Source: Eledone cirrhosa
Taxonomy: Eukaryota
Length of the DNA stretch: 64,000 nt
Reading direction: 5' to 3'
Assembly: GCA_964016885.1 (NCBI GenBank)
Contig: OZ024741.1
Coordinates: forward strand, 154,442,001 to 154,506,000
The translations under genes and the position numbers were made by a program. How positions within the stretch are numbered: position 1 is the first letter of the stretch; each line of letters opens with the position of its first letter. Below, one piece after another: positions 13,690 to 26,264 of this stretch. Under the pieces are notes generated by a model. That model had not been told where the DNA came from and did not search any database. It saw only the letters and a program-made list of their open reading frames with translations.

Positions 13690-14830
13690 ACTCAATCTTT
13701 GGGATGAATATTTATTATACTACGCTGTCGTTTTAGGTACACATTGCTTTGGCTGCTTTTTTCTGATATTTCTGAATCAGCAGTCTTTATTGACATTTTG
13801 TAATAGTTGAGCTCTTTTCTTTGAGTGTGAAAGAGTTCCAAAAAAAGGGGAATAGAAAGTGTAATAAATATAAAGAGATTAGATATATAGTGGTAAAAGA
13901 AAGGTAACTTAGTAATAAAAAATATATTCTGAGAAATAAAGGGCTCATCATATGGAAATGGATGTGATATTAGTAGTTCGTGCGTGGGACTCATAGTGTT
14001 AGAGATCTTGCAACCTGGCAAGGGTGGATATTTCCAGTTCTTCATTACATATTTGGTAGCGTGTGTGCAGCAATTTGAAAAATCTGCCCTCATATCTTTT
14101 AGAATGTTCCATTTTTCCACTGACCTTGTAATAGGGTCAGGTCAGGATCTTTCAAGAATCTTCCATTTGATGGAGAAATTGGTGCCACTGTTTTAATGTG
14201 TCCACACATGGCTTGCAGGTAAGTGTTGTTTTTTTTTCCAATCTTCTGATATTCCCACATAGGTTCTGACTTTCTGTTGTTGGTTTAGGTGACCTCAGCC
14301 TCATATTAGGGTAGTCACATTGCAAGGTTAGTTTAGGGGGGCATGCTTCTGGTTTTCTGCATAAACAGCCTGGTGTTAGGGAGCTCATGGATTTGTTTGC
14401 CTGTTAAAAATCTTTCAATATTTGTGGCCTACTGGGAAATGTTTATCTCTGAAGACTGGGTGATTGGCATGAGTTCCTGTAGATATAACTAAGCTGCTCA
14501 TTGGGTTTGTGGTAGGGCTTATGTATATAGGTTGAAAGTAACATTCTAGGAAGTTAACACATGTAGGTTGGAGTAATTTTAACCCTAAGCTTTAATTTTT
14601 TTCTCATAGGTATTGAGGTCATGGTTGCGTTTATGGTTCATTAGTCAGACCATTGTCTCAACATAGACCTGGGAGTTTACTTTTTAGTGTCTTAAATGTA
14701 TAATCCTATCAAATTGCAGACATCGAATGATCCAAAGGATTCCTCAAATGAGTGGCATTTGAATGTTTTACCCAGGCAACTCTATTGTTAAAAAGGAGGG
14801 TTTTTCTAAAGTGGGATATAACTTAAAAGT
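13690..14830 (-). mobile_element. Highly degenerate Penelope-like remnant
   Basis: Broken-frame similarity to the 22890-24000 RT thumb region (NVTFNL...); many stops. Confidence 0.5.
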
Positions 14831-15068
14831 CAATATCATCTATGTCTGTGTATCTGCTAGTGAATTGTAAAGCTCTATCCCATAAGGTCTTTGGTATAGT
14901 GGGGTATATTGTAGAATATATATTTTCCATAGACTATTTTGATTTACCAAATAAATAGGATGGGTTTGGGTTTCAATATGTAAACTTAACGACACTAATC
15001 TAGAAATATCTGAAAAAGACAGCCGAAGAAACATGTACCTAAAATGGCAGCATAGTGAGTGCAATAAA

Positions 15069-15099
<31 letters not shown>

Positions 15100-16341
15100 T
15101 ATATAAAATACCTTCCTAGGTACTCTATGTTTTAAGTTGATCTTACTTCGTTTGTTTGCAATTAGAAATGAATGAAGAATGAATGAATGAATGAATGTAT
15201 GTATGTGTGTACACACACACAAAACAAAATCCTAGTGGAAATGAATCCAGCTATTACAATTACACCTTTAGCCCAGTCAATAAAAACTACCTTTCATCTC
15301 AATTTTTTTGCAATATTTATTTACTAATACCGTAATCATACTGATCTATTGGTTAAATAGGTGTGTCATTGATTATATAGTTGAAGTAGCACCATAGTGA
15401 CATATGACATATCTTGGTTATTTTAAGCTTGGTGAAGCCCATCCTTCTCTATGTCTGAACACAGCTGATTTCTTCCAGAAAATGAGATAAGAGAGAATGC
15501 TAGGCTATTAAGAGTCAATCAATTAGTATTTTGACGTGTGAATCATGAGATTAACCAACTATTAGGTTTAATCAATGTCTCGTAATGGATTTGAGCCAGT
15601 TAATCTAACAGAAAGGAATGAATATATTAATAAATTGATTTGATTTTTTTCATTTAACATTAAAAAAATATTGCTGTATATATCTACAAAACAACAATTA
15701 CTGTATTTTTTGGTGTACATAGTACACTTTCTTTTACCCATAAATGTAATTATATATATAAACTTTATGAAATATTGTTTGTCTTTGGGACTCTCACATT
15801 TTCAAATTTCAAACACTCTCAGCACTTTGATAATTCATAAGGTTTATCTACATTTAATAGGCTCTAGCCCTAAGCTGTATAGTACTGCATCCTCGGTCAC
15901 CCATTAACATAATAGTAACACACTCGCATGCCATTCGAGAGATACAGGGTACGATTCCTTGTGGATGTCGCTGTCTACGTTTTTCTGTCTCTAAGGGTAA
16001 TTTATCCAGTTTCTTAGCCATTATCAATAATTTATTTTCTGCATTTGGGATTTTCACGTTTTTGAATATATATATATCGCAAGGTTTTTGATATGAAATC
16101 GTGTGTTGAAACAGATATTGTTATATTTGGAGAGGGTCATGTTGTATTAATATTGCCAGAATAATATAGTAAAACACACTCAGTTAGGTTTGGTTTTCGC
16201 TTCAGTATATTTTTATATTTCTATAAATAATCTAGCTGGCAATCAATGTTTATCGTTTTTTAACTGTTGGTCAATCAATGACAAACATGTTTTACTATAT
16301 TTTTCTGGCAATATTAGAACAACACGAACCTCCCCAAATAT

Positions 16342-16392
<51 letters not shown>

Positions 16393-16395
<3 letters not shown>

Positions 16396-16737
16396 GCATA
16401 TGGCTTAGTGGTTAGAGTTAGAGCATTGGCCTTGCAATCGAAAGGTTGCGAGTTCAATTCTCAGACCGGGTGATGTGTTGTTTCCTTGAGCAAGACACTT
16501 TATTTCATGTTGCTCCAGTTTACTCAGCTGTAGAAATGAGATGATAGAGACCCCAGTCCCTATCATTCCACTGTAAAGTGGTCGTGGAGGTGCCACGGCA
16601 AAAAAAGCACCCAGCACTCACTGTAAATGAGGTTGGTGTTAGGAAGGGCATCCAGCTGTAGAAATTAAGCCAGAATCAGTTCCCGTCCCACCCTTGCAAG
16701 CAGGGAAAAAGCGGACGTAAAATGAAATGATGATGAA
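16393..16737 (+). mobile_element. tRNA-derived SINE family B with RTE-derived body and tail; inverted copy at 22100-22445
   Basis: TGGCTTAGTGG A box, GAGTTCAATTC B box, ccttgagcaagacactt core, (GAT)n tail. Confidence 0.88.
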
Positions 16738-17107
16738 ATGTGTGCATTCAGTAATTCCGTAGAAAAGGTAAAGGAAAGAAGAGTGCTCTATGTATAGAAT
16801 AGAGTTATTTAATTACATAATAAACAACACAATACAAATGGGCTGGACGTTTCTGTAAGGATCGTCTAGTTTCTTGAAACCTTCAGCAATGGAATAATTA
16901 TATTGTGTTGTTTATTATGTAAAAAACAAAAAATAAAAACAAATATATATATATATTTATTAAAGTCAGAGTCCTGTTACTCTGGAATCTCACCTGTGCA
17001 TACACAGAGTTATCACAGATGAAACTCCAAATTAGCAAGACTAACCTGAACTTAAATATTATCAATCTCAACTACAGTATTGAATACTACTCATTCTTGC
17101 AACCATC

Positions 17108-17139
<32 letters not shown>

Positions 17140-17494
17140 CTATAATCCTCAAAATTTTATGCCAGCTTTTCCATGCTTGCATGGGTTTATATGCAGGTAG
17201 ATTTTGATGTCAAATTTTTTGGTAAAAAAAGGGAATTATAGGGGTTGTGATTGTGTGATATTCATGATATACTTTACAACAAAAAAAAAAAAAAGAAAAA
17301 GGTATAAATAATCAAATAACTAAATGAAAGAAGAATGACACCAATTAAGACTTGAAACTTGAATCCTCTGGTTAGAAATATTCTGTCATGACTTCACTTT
17401 TGTTGCTCGTGTCCTCAAATCAGGACGGATTATACTGGCTTTCTACAAACAATTCCAACCATGTATTTTAGAATGATTCATATATGCTACTCAT

Positions 17495-17569
<75 letters not shown>

Positions 17570-17922
17570 TATATATATTTACTCTAATTTTGATTCCTTT
17601 ATTTATAACTTGCATTGTACTGGTGCTCTTTAAAACAATCCTAACCACATATTTCACAAAGATCCATACACACTATAACTATTCACGTCTGTCTGTATAT
17701 ATCTAAATATTGTTATATTTTTTCCTGAGGGGGTTTGACAAAAATTGGCTAAACGGAATGTTATGTAAATAAAAATAATAATAATAGCATAGAATTTTCA
17801 ACAGAATCAACAATATATAATTTAAAATATAAATGATTGATGTATGTTTGTTAACTTTTAACAATGATCGTAGTGGCAGTGGCTTTTTAGAGAATGGTCC
17901 TTTCCTATTTACTCACTGCTAA

Positions 17923-18038
17923 TCAACTTTTCTCATCAGTTCCGAAGAAATTATCATCTTTGTAAGATAACAAGTCTGGCATTTGCAACAGCGTTGATGC
18001 TTTGTCAATGTCGTTTTCTATAGCTTTGATTAGTTCAT
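17923..18038 (-). CDS. RFK: Riboflavin kinase, last coding exon (DELIKAIENDIDKASTLLQMPDLLSYKDDNFFGTDEKS*)
   Basis: ttttatattcag acceptor; phase matches exon 3; LIxAIxxDI motif; TGA at 17925-17923. The four exons total 471 nt = 156 aa + stop. Confidence 0.93.
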
Positions 18039-19881
18039 CTGAATATAAAATAAAATAAATTTTCAAATATGTAATTAAGACTGATTTGAGAAAGCTCGTA
18101 CAAAGGAAATATAATTGTTTCTACTTTTGGCACAAGACCATAAATTATCCCAGTGCATTACTGGTACTTTATTTTATCGACCCTGTAAGGATGAAAGGCA
18201 AAGTTAACCTCGGCGGGATTTGAACACAGATCATAAAGGGAAGTAACTCCATGCTTCAAAGCATGGCGCCCAACCCTCTACCGATACTGCCAATCCACAA
18301 AGGAAATATAATGATGAAACTTGGGTAGAGTAAAATAAGAATGGCAAAACAAAAGCTTTTTGTTGTGGCTTTAAAACACCTACACAAAACAATAGATTTT
18401 ACTCTATATTTCATAATATTTCAAGGGTAGAACCTCTTTTTCAAGTGAAGATCAAGACATTCCAACCTTGAAATATTATGAAATATAATGTAAAAACTAT
18501 TGTTTTGTGTGGGTGTTTTAGAGCCACAAAAAGTACCCAGTCCACACAATAAAGTGGTCGTGTTGGTGTCATGACAAAAAGCTCCCAGTCCACACTGTAA
18601 AGTGGTCATGTTGGTGTCATGATAAAAGCTCCCAGTCCACACTGTAAAGAGGTCGTTTTGGTGCCAGTCCAAACTGTAAATGTAGTTGACATTAGGAAGG
18701 GCATCCAGCCATAGAAACCAAGCCAGAAATAGTTCTGTATGAGCAAGACAAAGTCATCTGACCTGACTTGTCTCACAAGACAATTTGTCTACCCATGCTA
18801 GCGTGGAAAATTGGACATTAGTTCCACAATTATATTTCAGATTCACATTATACTGGCTTTCTAAATACATACCTAAAATCCATTTTATGTGTACATAAAA
18901 TGGATTGATTTCAGTTAGATGTAAAATAAATTATATTTTAAATAAAAAAAAAAATATTAGAAAACAGTAATGGTGCTATGATAACAAGCATCCATTACAC
19001 TCTCTAAAGTTATAGTGAAGGTGTCACAATAAAATGCACCCAGTATTTTTATCTTAGTTCCAGCACTACCATGTTACAGATTGCATTAACTGAATTTTAT
19101 CATAGCACCAGCTATGCCACTTTACAGAGTGTATTGGGTGCATTTAATCATGGAAGTAGCACTACCACTTTGCAAGATGTACTGGGAGCATTTTATCATG
19201 GCACTGCCACTACCACATTACAGAGTGTACTAGGTGCATTTCATTGAGACACAAGCACTATCATTTTACAGAATGTACTGAGTGTATTTTATTGTGGATA
19301 CAACTCAAGAAAAATTGTTATGACAATCCCTTTATTGTATGTATTAAATGAGACAAAGGTATGCCTTCCAGAACACCTGCCTGTTGCTCACATAGTGCTA
19401 TCAAGACAGTTATTCAACACTCTTCTGCTTAACTCTTAACATTCTATAATGATTTAGTAGAAAATGTTTAAATATGGGTTTGTTAACTCAAATGTTTAAA
19501 GTATCTTTACTTAAATATTTTATGTAATTCAGTCATTGTGTTGTTTTATACTTTTCAAGAATGTCTTGCTAATGTGGTTTCATGTGGTTTGTTAATTTAA
19601 ATGTTTATAGTATCTTTACTACTGGACAGAAAATTGCTGTGAAAATTTGTAGTATTATTATAAAGATTTGAATATTTAATGAGATGGAGTCATAGAGCTG
19701 TTTTATACTTTTTAAAAATATCTTGCTAATGTGGTTTCATGCAGCACAGAGTACTAAGTATTAAAATGTTCAACAGTTGTCTATAGAAGGTGGGGAGCTC
19801 ACATAAAACCATTCCTTGGTAGATAGGAGTGAAATAATTTAAAAAAAAAAGAAAAAAAAGCAGTGTTATACATGTACTTAC

Positions 19882-19984
19882 CAAGACCATTAAAATCTGC
19901 CATAGGCCGAAGGTATCCTACTATAATAACTTTTAATAAATGGTCATAGAAATCTTCTTTGAAGGTGTGCAATATATGGGTTTC
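19882..19984 (-). CDS. RFK: Riboflavin kinase, exon 3 (ETHILHTFKEDFYDHLLKVIIVGYLRPMADFNGL)
   Basis: ttacag acceptor and G|gtaag donor; 103 nt; catalytic Glu of ETH, plus DFY and GYLRP motifs. Confidence 0.95.
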
Positions 19985-20762
19985 CTGTAACAAAGTAACA
20001 TTGAACATGTAACTATAAAAAGTTTATAATAATGAACAAAATTCCTCCTTAACCTTTTGATACCACCTGAAACTGCTCATGGTTCTACAATACAAAACTG
20101 TTTATTTTAAAGTGTTTATAATCATCTAAAAACATTCCATCATAATTTATGAAAGAATCTTTGTTAGGTTATGTTCCAAACACCAGCATAATAATGAGAA
20201 AGTTATATTACTAAATCCCCCAAAATTCTCAAACATTTTCAAAATTATAGGCATCATTAGAAATATGGAAATGAAGTGCTTAACAGCACAAGTACATAAT
20301 CACAAGACATATCAAGAAACAATATTGTATCCTCCATTCTTCGTAAACAATATTGTATCCTCTATTTTGCCTAAGCATGATTGTATCCTCCGTTTTCCCT
20401 GAACATTAAGCAACTAGAACCCTCAAGGTCACTTCAAATGCTAGGGTCAATCATTACTAAAGATCTTCTTCTAGGGATCACACATCCTCAACACAGAAAG
20501 ACTGCACCACAAACACTGACCTTCCTCTTCAGGGTCAGAAAATATTTTAGCTACTCCTCACATCTAGTGATTGAACTTTATAATTACCAAGCAAACTTCA
20601 TAATCAGTTGGCTATGCTGCATCCATGAGAAAAAAAAAAAGAATAAATTTAATGACAATCTTGTTTCAACTGCTCTGATGATCATATATATATATATGAA
20701 ATATATGAAATATATGAAATATATGAAATATAAGAATCAAAGAACTGTTCAAAACATTATTG

Positions 20763-20809
20763 TGCTTACAGCTGTTTCCTCCAAACCGAGGTTTGGATTC
20801 TTCGGAGCA
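20763..20809 (-). ncRNA. Hammerhead motif, sense to RFK pre-mRNA (intron 2)
   Basis: Exact reverse complement of 21416-21462. Confidence 0.65.
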
Positions 20810-21415
20810 ATTTATTAATGCATGGACAGTTATATGACCTCCTTTTCAGCCGAGAGACATACCAATACATATTCAAACATTGATACATATTCAAACATTG
20901 TGGGTCAACATTCATTACAGAATTTAGAGTGGCAGTACACACTTCGAGATTACATTTATATTAATAGGTACAATCAAAAATCAAAGATATAGGTTAAAGT
21001 ACATGAAGATAAGTGGTTATATAGTGCAAATGTTATATGTGTGGCACGCATGTGCGTCTTGTTTATATAGTGTGGCAGAGAGATATGTGTGGTAGAGGCA
21101 CTTAGGTAGGTAAATAAGAGTGTTAGGTTGGTAGATCTGGTGGCAAAGTCTTTATATGATTGATATAGTCTGTGTGTGGAGAAATATTATAAGCATTAAA
21201 GATAGTGCAAGCATTAAAAGTGTTATAAGTATTGGAGATGCACAGCGCAGGGATGTCAAGTAATTCTTGTACTTCGGCATTTTCATGGTCAAGGGAGTGT
21301 ATATTTCGATTATATGCCTTTCACATAATCCACGACAATCCAGTTAGAGATCGTAGTCTGGTGTTCTTTAGTTCGATACAGGAGGTTGTTACATTAATAA
21401 ATTGCATTAATAAAT

Positions 21416-21462
21416 TGCTCCGAAGAATCCAAACCTCGGTTTGGAGGAAACAGCTGTAAGCA
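21416..21462 (+). ncRNA. Minimal hammerhead motif, CCGAAGA core variant
   Basis: tgct-CCGAAGA-a tccaaacc tc ggtttgga g-GAAA-C AGCT G-TA-agca. Confidence 0.65.
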
Positions 21463-21842
21463 CAATAATGTTTTGAACAGTTCTTTGATTCTTATATTTC
21501 ATATAACTGCTCTGTAAATCATCTGATGTTTTTACATTGAGCTACTTAACTTACTGGTAATAAGGTAGTAATACATTACTGCCTACCACTATTTAGGGTG
21601 TGTGTAAAATACTTACAACTGCTTAAGGTTTTGTGTTTACATAACCATAAATAGTATAACTAATACTATATATATATATATATTAACTTTAATTTTGTCC
21701 TTTAATATGACTTTAATCTTTGTATGTAAATTGCCATGCTATATTATTATAATGGATGTCAACCCACTGTGCATCAATATATTCATATGTTTCTATATGT
21801 CTCTTGGAAAGGAGGTGAAGTATGTAAAAAATCATTGAAAAA

Positions 21843-21891
21843 TTGCTCCGAAGACTCCAAACCTCGGTTTGGATGAAACAATTGTAAGCAA
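21843..21891 (+). ncRNA. Second tandem hammerhead motif
   Basis: ttgct-CCGAAGA-c tccaaacc tc ggtttgga t-GAAA-C AATT G-TA-agcaa. Confidence 0.65.
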
Positions 21892-22889
21892 ATAAATGAT
21901 TTAAACAGAACTTTGATTCATGTATTTTCTATATAACTGCTCTGTAGAACTACTGATGTTACATTGAGCTATTTATCTTACTGGTAATAAAGTAGTAATA
22001 AATTACTGTCTTTCACTGTTTAGGGTTTAAAATATATATAACTATAAAAGGTTTTAGTATATACATAACCATAAATAGTATCCTTAATACTATATATATC
22101 ATCATCATCATCATCATTTCATTTTACGTCCGCTTTTTCCCTGCTTGCAAGGGTGGGACGGGAACTGATGCTGGCTTGATTTCTACAGCTGGATGCCCTT
22201 CCTAACACCAACCTCATTTACAGTGAGTGCTGGGTGCTTTTTTGCCGTGGCACCTCCACGACCACTTTGCAGTGGTATGATATGGACCCCAGTCCCTATC
22301 ACCTCATTTCTACAGCTGAGTAAACTGGAGCAATGTGAAATAAAGTGTCTTGCTCAAGGAAACAACACATCACCCAGTCTGAGAATTGAACTCACAACCT
22401 TTCGATTGCAAGGCCAATGCTCTAACCACTAAGCCACGTGCCTCCATATATATCATCAGTTACAAAAGTGGCATATGCAGATACTTAAGAATTGCTGGGT
22501 TTTTATTTTAACCCATTTGTCTGTCATATTGTGATGGAATACTTCTGGGGAGATTCTTGATAGTATAGAAGAGTTCTAAGGGCAGGGCATCTTAAAAAAT
22601 CTCAATTAGTTAAATATATATATTATGTTTAAACTTTATACATGTAAGGGAGATAATTCTAACAAATAATTGTTTCTACTTTAGGCACAAGGCCAACAAT
22701 TATCCAGTGCATTACTGGTACTTTATTTTATCGACCCCGTAAGGATGAAAGGCAAAGTTAACCTCGGCGGGATTTGAACTCAGATCGTAAAGGGACGTAA
22801 CTATGCTGGAAAGCATGGCGTCCGACCCTCCACCGATACTGCCAATCCACCGCCTGGATCTAACAAATAATAAGGAGTAACTTGTGTGC

Positions 22890-24000
22890 AGAGAGAAAAC
22901 AAGAGTTAATTCAAAAATTTCAGTTTGGCCTAGACCAGAAAGAACTTCAATGTGTGAGGACATCAATTGAAAAATATCCAACCGTGTATATAGGCAGCGT
23001 TTTTAAAAAAACAGTTGCGAGAATATATTCCACTTTTCCGTGCTGCATAACTGACAAGTTTTCACTCCATTGACATAAGGTGTGGATTTTCCCCACTATG
23101 CTCCATTTTATGGAGAACTGTGTCGTTTCTTTCGAGGTTTTACATATGGTTTGTGAGCTGAGTGGTATACTTCTTGTCTGGATGTCTAAAACTCATTTCC
23201 TGGTTCAAGAAATGGCTCTCTGACATACCTACATAAGTCCAGGTTTTGTTAGGTGGTTCTGGTTGGTGGAAGTCAATTCTGCTTCATATATTACTGCTGG
23301 AGTGTTGCACTTTTGGTCGAGCAGGCATGCTTCTAGCCTTCTGCATGAGCATTCAGAAGTTGAAAGGTTCTTGCATTTATTGATATGGAATTTAATGTTT
23401 TTAGTATATGCGCAGCCTATTTTCAGTGTGCCAGTCAAACATTTGCTAGTATTTATGGCCAACAGGGAAGTGTGAATCTAAGAGTTAAGAATTTTCTATC
23501 TACATTAGTCTTAACATTGAACACGAAAGGTGGCGTGAACCACATGGTGGTTTTATGCCCAGATTTTTTCTTGTTAGATAAGGCGGTGATCTGAAGAATA
23601 AGCAATTTTCTTGGAGTAGCTGCTGCTGTTTAGTGTTGCAGTGTAGTAGGGGGCTTCCCCGTCAAAGATAGCTTTGCTAGAAGAGAGGTTGGATACTCTC
23701 TTACTGATACTATTGATAAGATTTTTGAAGACTGTAAATGGGTGACTAGAATCCTTATGAATGTACCTAAGATTTTCACTAGGTTTATGAAAGGGTCTGT
23801 ATGTGTGAAGGTCTAAGGTAACGTCTAGGAAATTCACACTCGTGAAGTTGGTAGAAATTGTAATTTTTAGTCCAAGGTTGCTAAAAGTGATTATCAAATT
23901 CTTTCTAAATATGTAAAGGTCATGGCCATGTTTATGGCTTGATAGTGCCAGACCAAATCGCATACATCAGCACTGTTGAAAGATTCCATTGGTACATCGA
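22890..24000 (-). mobile_element. Penelope-like element remnant (RT thumb + GIY-YIG region)
   Basis: VNFLDVTLDL..TYRPFHKP..YIHKDSSHP..KRVSNLSS, and CSCRRLEACLLDQKC..VIYEA. Confidence 0.85.
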
Positions 24001-24111
24001 ATAGGTCATTGGTAGCAGACTTTTTTACCCAAGGGTCCTCATTATTAATGAGGGGTTTTCTACAGTGGATTATTACTAAATGATCTAAATCATATATATA
24101 TTAGTCCTGTT

Positions 24112-24625
24112 AATAATAATAATAATGATAATAATAATGAAATTATTGTGTACAGTGCTCAGGTGCACTACAACTCATCAAATGTGCATGTGTATAGTAC
24201 ATAGAATAATGTACAAATGTCAGGAAAATGAACAGTGTACGAGTCATGAAATACATGTGTGCGTGTGTATGGAGGGGGGATATCAGGTATAGTGTTGGCG
24301 AATCTCAGGAAGCATGGAGGTTTTAAAGGACGCAGTGTCTCGACAGCTAATAACTGATGCAGGTAGTTTGTTCCATGCTTCAGCAACTCTGAGCGTGAAA
24401 AAATGTTTCCAAAAGTCATGGGAGCTTTAAATAGATAGCTGGAGAGCGGCTGACAAAGGTCTTGCTGAGTGATGCTAAGATACCCTCGGCTTTCTTGACA
24501 ATTTTAGAGACGTGCTTCGTCGAACGCAAATCGCTGTTGACTAATGTCCAGGTCATGTTCACAAGAAGACTTCTTGATATTAGTGTTGTGGAGGGAGTAT
24601 GTGGACACTGGGTTGATGTAGATGG
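24112..24625 (-). mobile_element. CR1-type LINE fragment with an internal deletion, in RFK intron 2
   Basis: Matches 9090-9275 joined directly to 9593-9890. Confidence 0.88.
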
Positions 24626-25344
24626 TATATTTTTCAGGGAGTAATCAATCTCTTGGATGTCCCTCTTCATGTTGTGTAAAGTACTTGCATATAAAGAGTG
24701 CTCAATAAGTTATATATATATATATAAAGCACCCAGCTCACACTGTAAAGTGATCATGTAGGTGCCACAACAAAAAGCACCCAGTACACACTGTAAATAT
24801 GGTTGGCATTAGGAAGGGCATCTAGTCATAGAAACCAAACCCAAATCAGTTCTGTATGAGCAAAACACAGCCACTAACCTGACTTGTCTCACAATGGGAC
24901 AGCTCTCCTAACCCATGCTAGCGCGGAAAATGGACATTAAATGGTGATGATGGTGATTATATCTTCGACCATGAATTGTGATCTACAGATAGTATCAGCA
25001 ATGGAAAGACCAATAGAAAAATTATTTCCTTGGTCTGATCTGATGATTGGTTTCTTATATCATCATCATCGTTTAATGTCCATCTTCCACGCTTGCATGG
25101 GTTAAACAGGTTTGTCCCACTTGAGGAGAGATTGGTTGGATGACCATGTCTCAGTCGTATAGAACTGTTTCTGGTTGGCTTTCTACGGCTGGATGCCCTT
25201 CCAAGTGCCAACCACATTTACAGTGTAGACTGGGAGCCTTTTTATACCCTCACACAGACACACGTACATATGCCAGGAGTTGAACCAACAAAGAGCATCA
25301 GCAATGCAAAGAAAACAAGAATTAAATAAAACCAACAAACTCAC

Positions 25345-25496
25345 CATAGATTTTTTCTCATTCTTATAATAGGGGTTCCATCCAATACTAAGAACCATTT
25401 TATAGATTGGTCCCTTATCAACATTAGCCCAACCATAGTAAACACCGTTGTCCATACTTTTTGGTAATTTACTAACAACTTCCTCATCATGGTTTG
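25345..25496 (-). CDS. RFK: Riboflavin kinase, exon 2 (ANHDEEVVSKLPKSMDNGVYYGWA...MVLSIGWNPYYKNEKKSM)
   Basis: tttacag acceptor and gtgag donor; 152 nt; completes the phase-1 codon of exon 1; GVYYGWA and SIGWNPYY motifs. Confidence 0.95.
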
Positions 25497-26264
25497 CTGT
25501 AAAGATAAACAACAAATTAATTAATAATTAACTTTCACACACTAATTGATTTGATAAAACTTAACCATCACTACAACATTTTTGTTATCTTAACCCTTCT
25601 GTTCACCCCTATATCGGTTTAGCTGGCCTCCCATGAGGTTGTATCCCATAGGAGGTTGCTTGGTTGGTTTAATGGAAGGGGCACCAGTTTTACCTTATTG
25701 TTACAGCTTACCCGCCTATAGGTTTTAGCTGACCTCCCAAGAGGTATCTCATAGGTTTCTGGGGGTGTTTTAATGATAGGACCTCTGTCCTGTCACCTTG
25801 TTGTTACAACTCACAGGTATGTAGTTTAGCTGACCTACGAAGTTCTGAGGACCCTTGTTGGCATTATCAGGTGAAATGAAAATGCTATGATTAAGTACTG
25901 TAGCACATCATATGGTGGCTGCCTGAAAGTGACTGAGGCATCAAGCGAGCTTATCAAAAAGTATGCATGTGCATATATGCACTCCACTCTGCACACCTTT
26001 GTCTCCCTAATGTCATAACTTCCTATGTGAAAAAATAAAGTTGGATACTATTTCGATAGATCTCGTATATACAGGGTGCCCCCCAAAAATTGTAGGCATA
26101 CTTTGATTACCTGTACAGGCAATATTTATTAGAATGCTGTTGAAGTGTGTGCTGAAGGCAAACAGAAATAATAAAGCAAATCACACAGTACAATGAAAAA
26201 AGTTTTACGCTTGATACAGTAAAAGAATATATATATATATTCATACACACACACACATATATAT

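Larger units (their letters stand above)
20720..22100. mobile_element. Penelope-like remnant with inverted and tandem pseudo-LTRs
   Basis: 103-bp inverted repeat (20720-20822 vs 21403-21505); tandem copy at 428-bp offset (21415 vs 21843); degenerate GIY-YIG-like LLYRTKEH on the minus strand at ~21360-21390. Confidence 0.75.

Noticed and set aside
16395-16470. tRNA gene
   Set aside because: A/B boxes are present but it continues into a repeated SINE body; no proper cloverleaf or terminator.
26070-26110. Mariner-like TIR (tacagggtg...)
   Set aside because: Only one end found, with no partner TIR or transposase.
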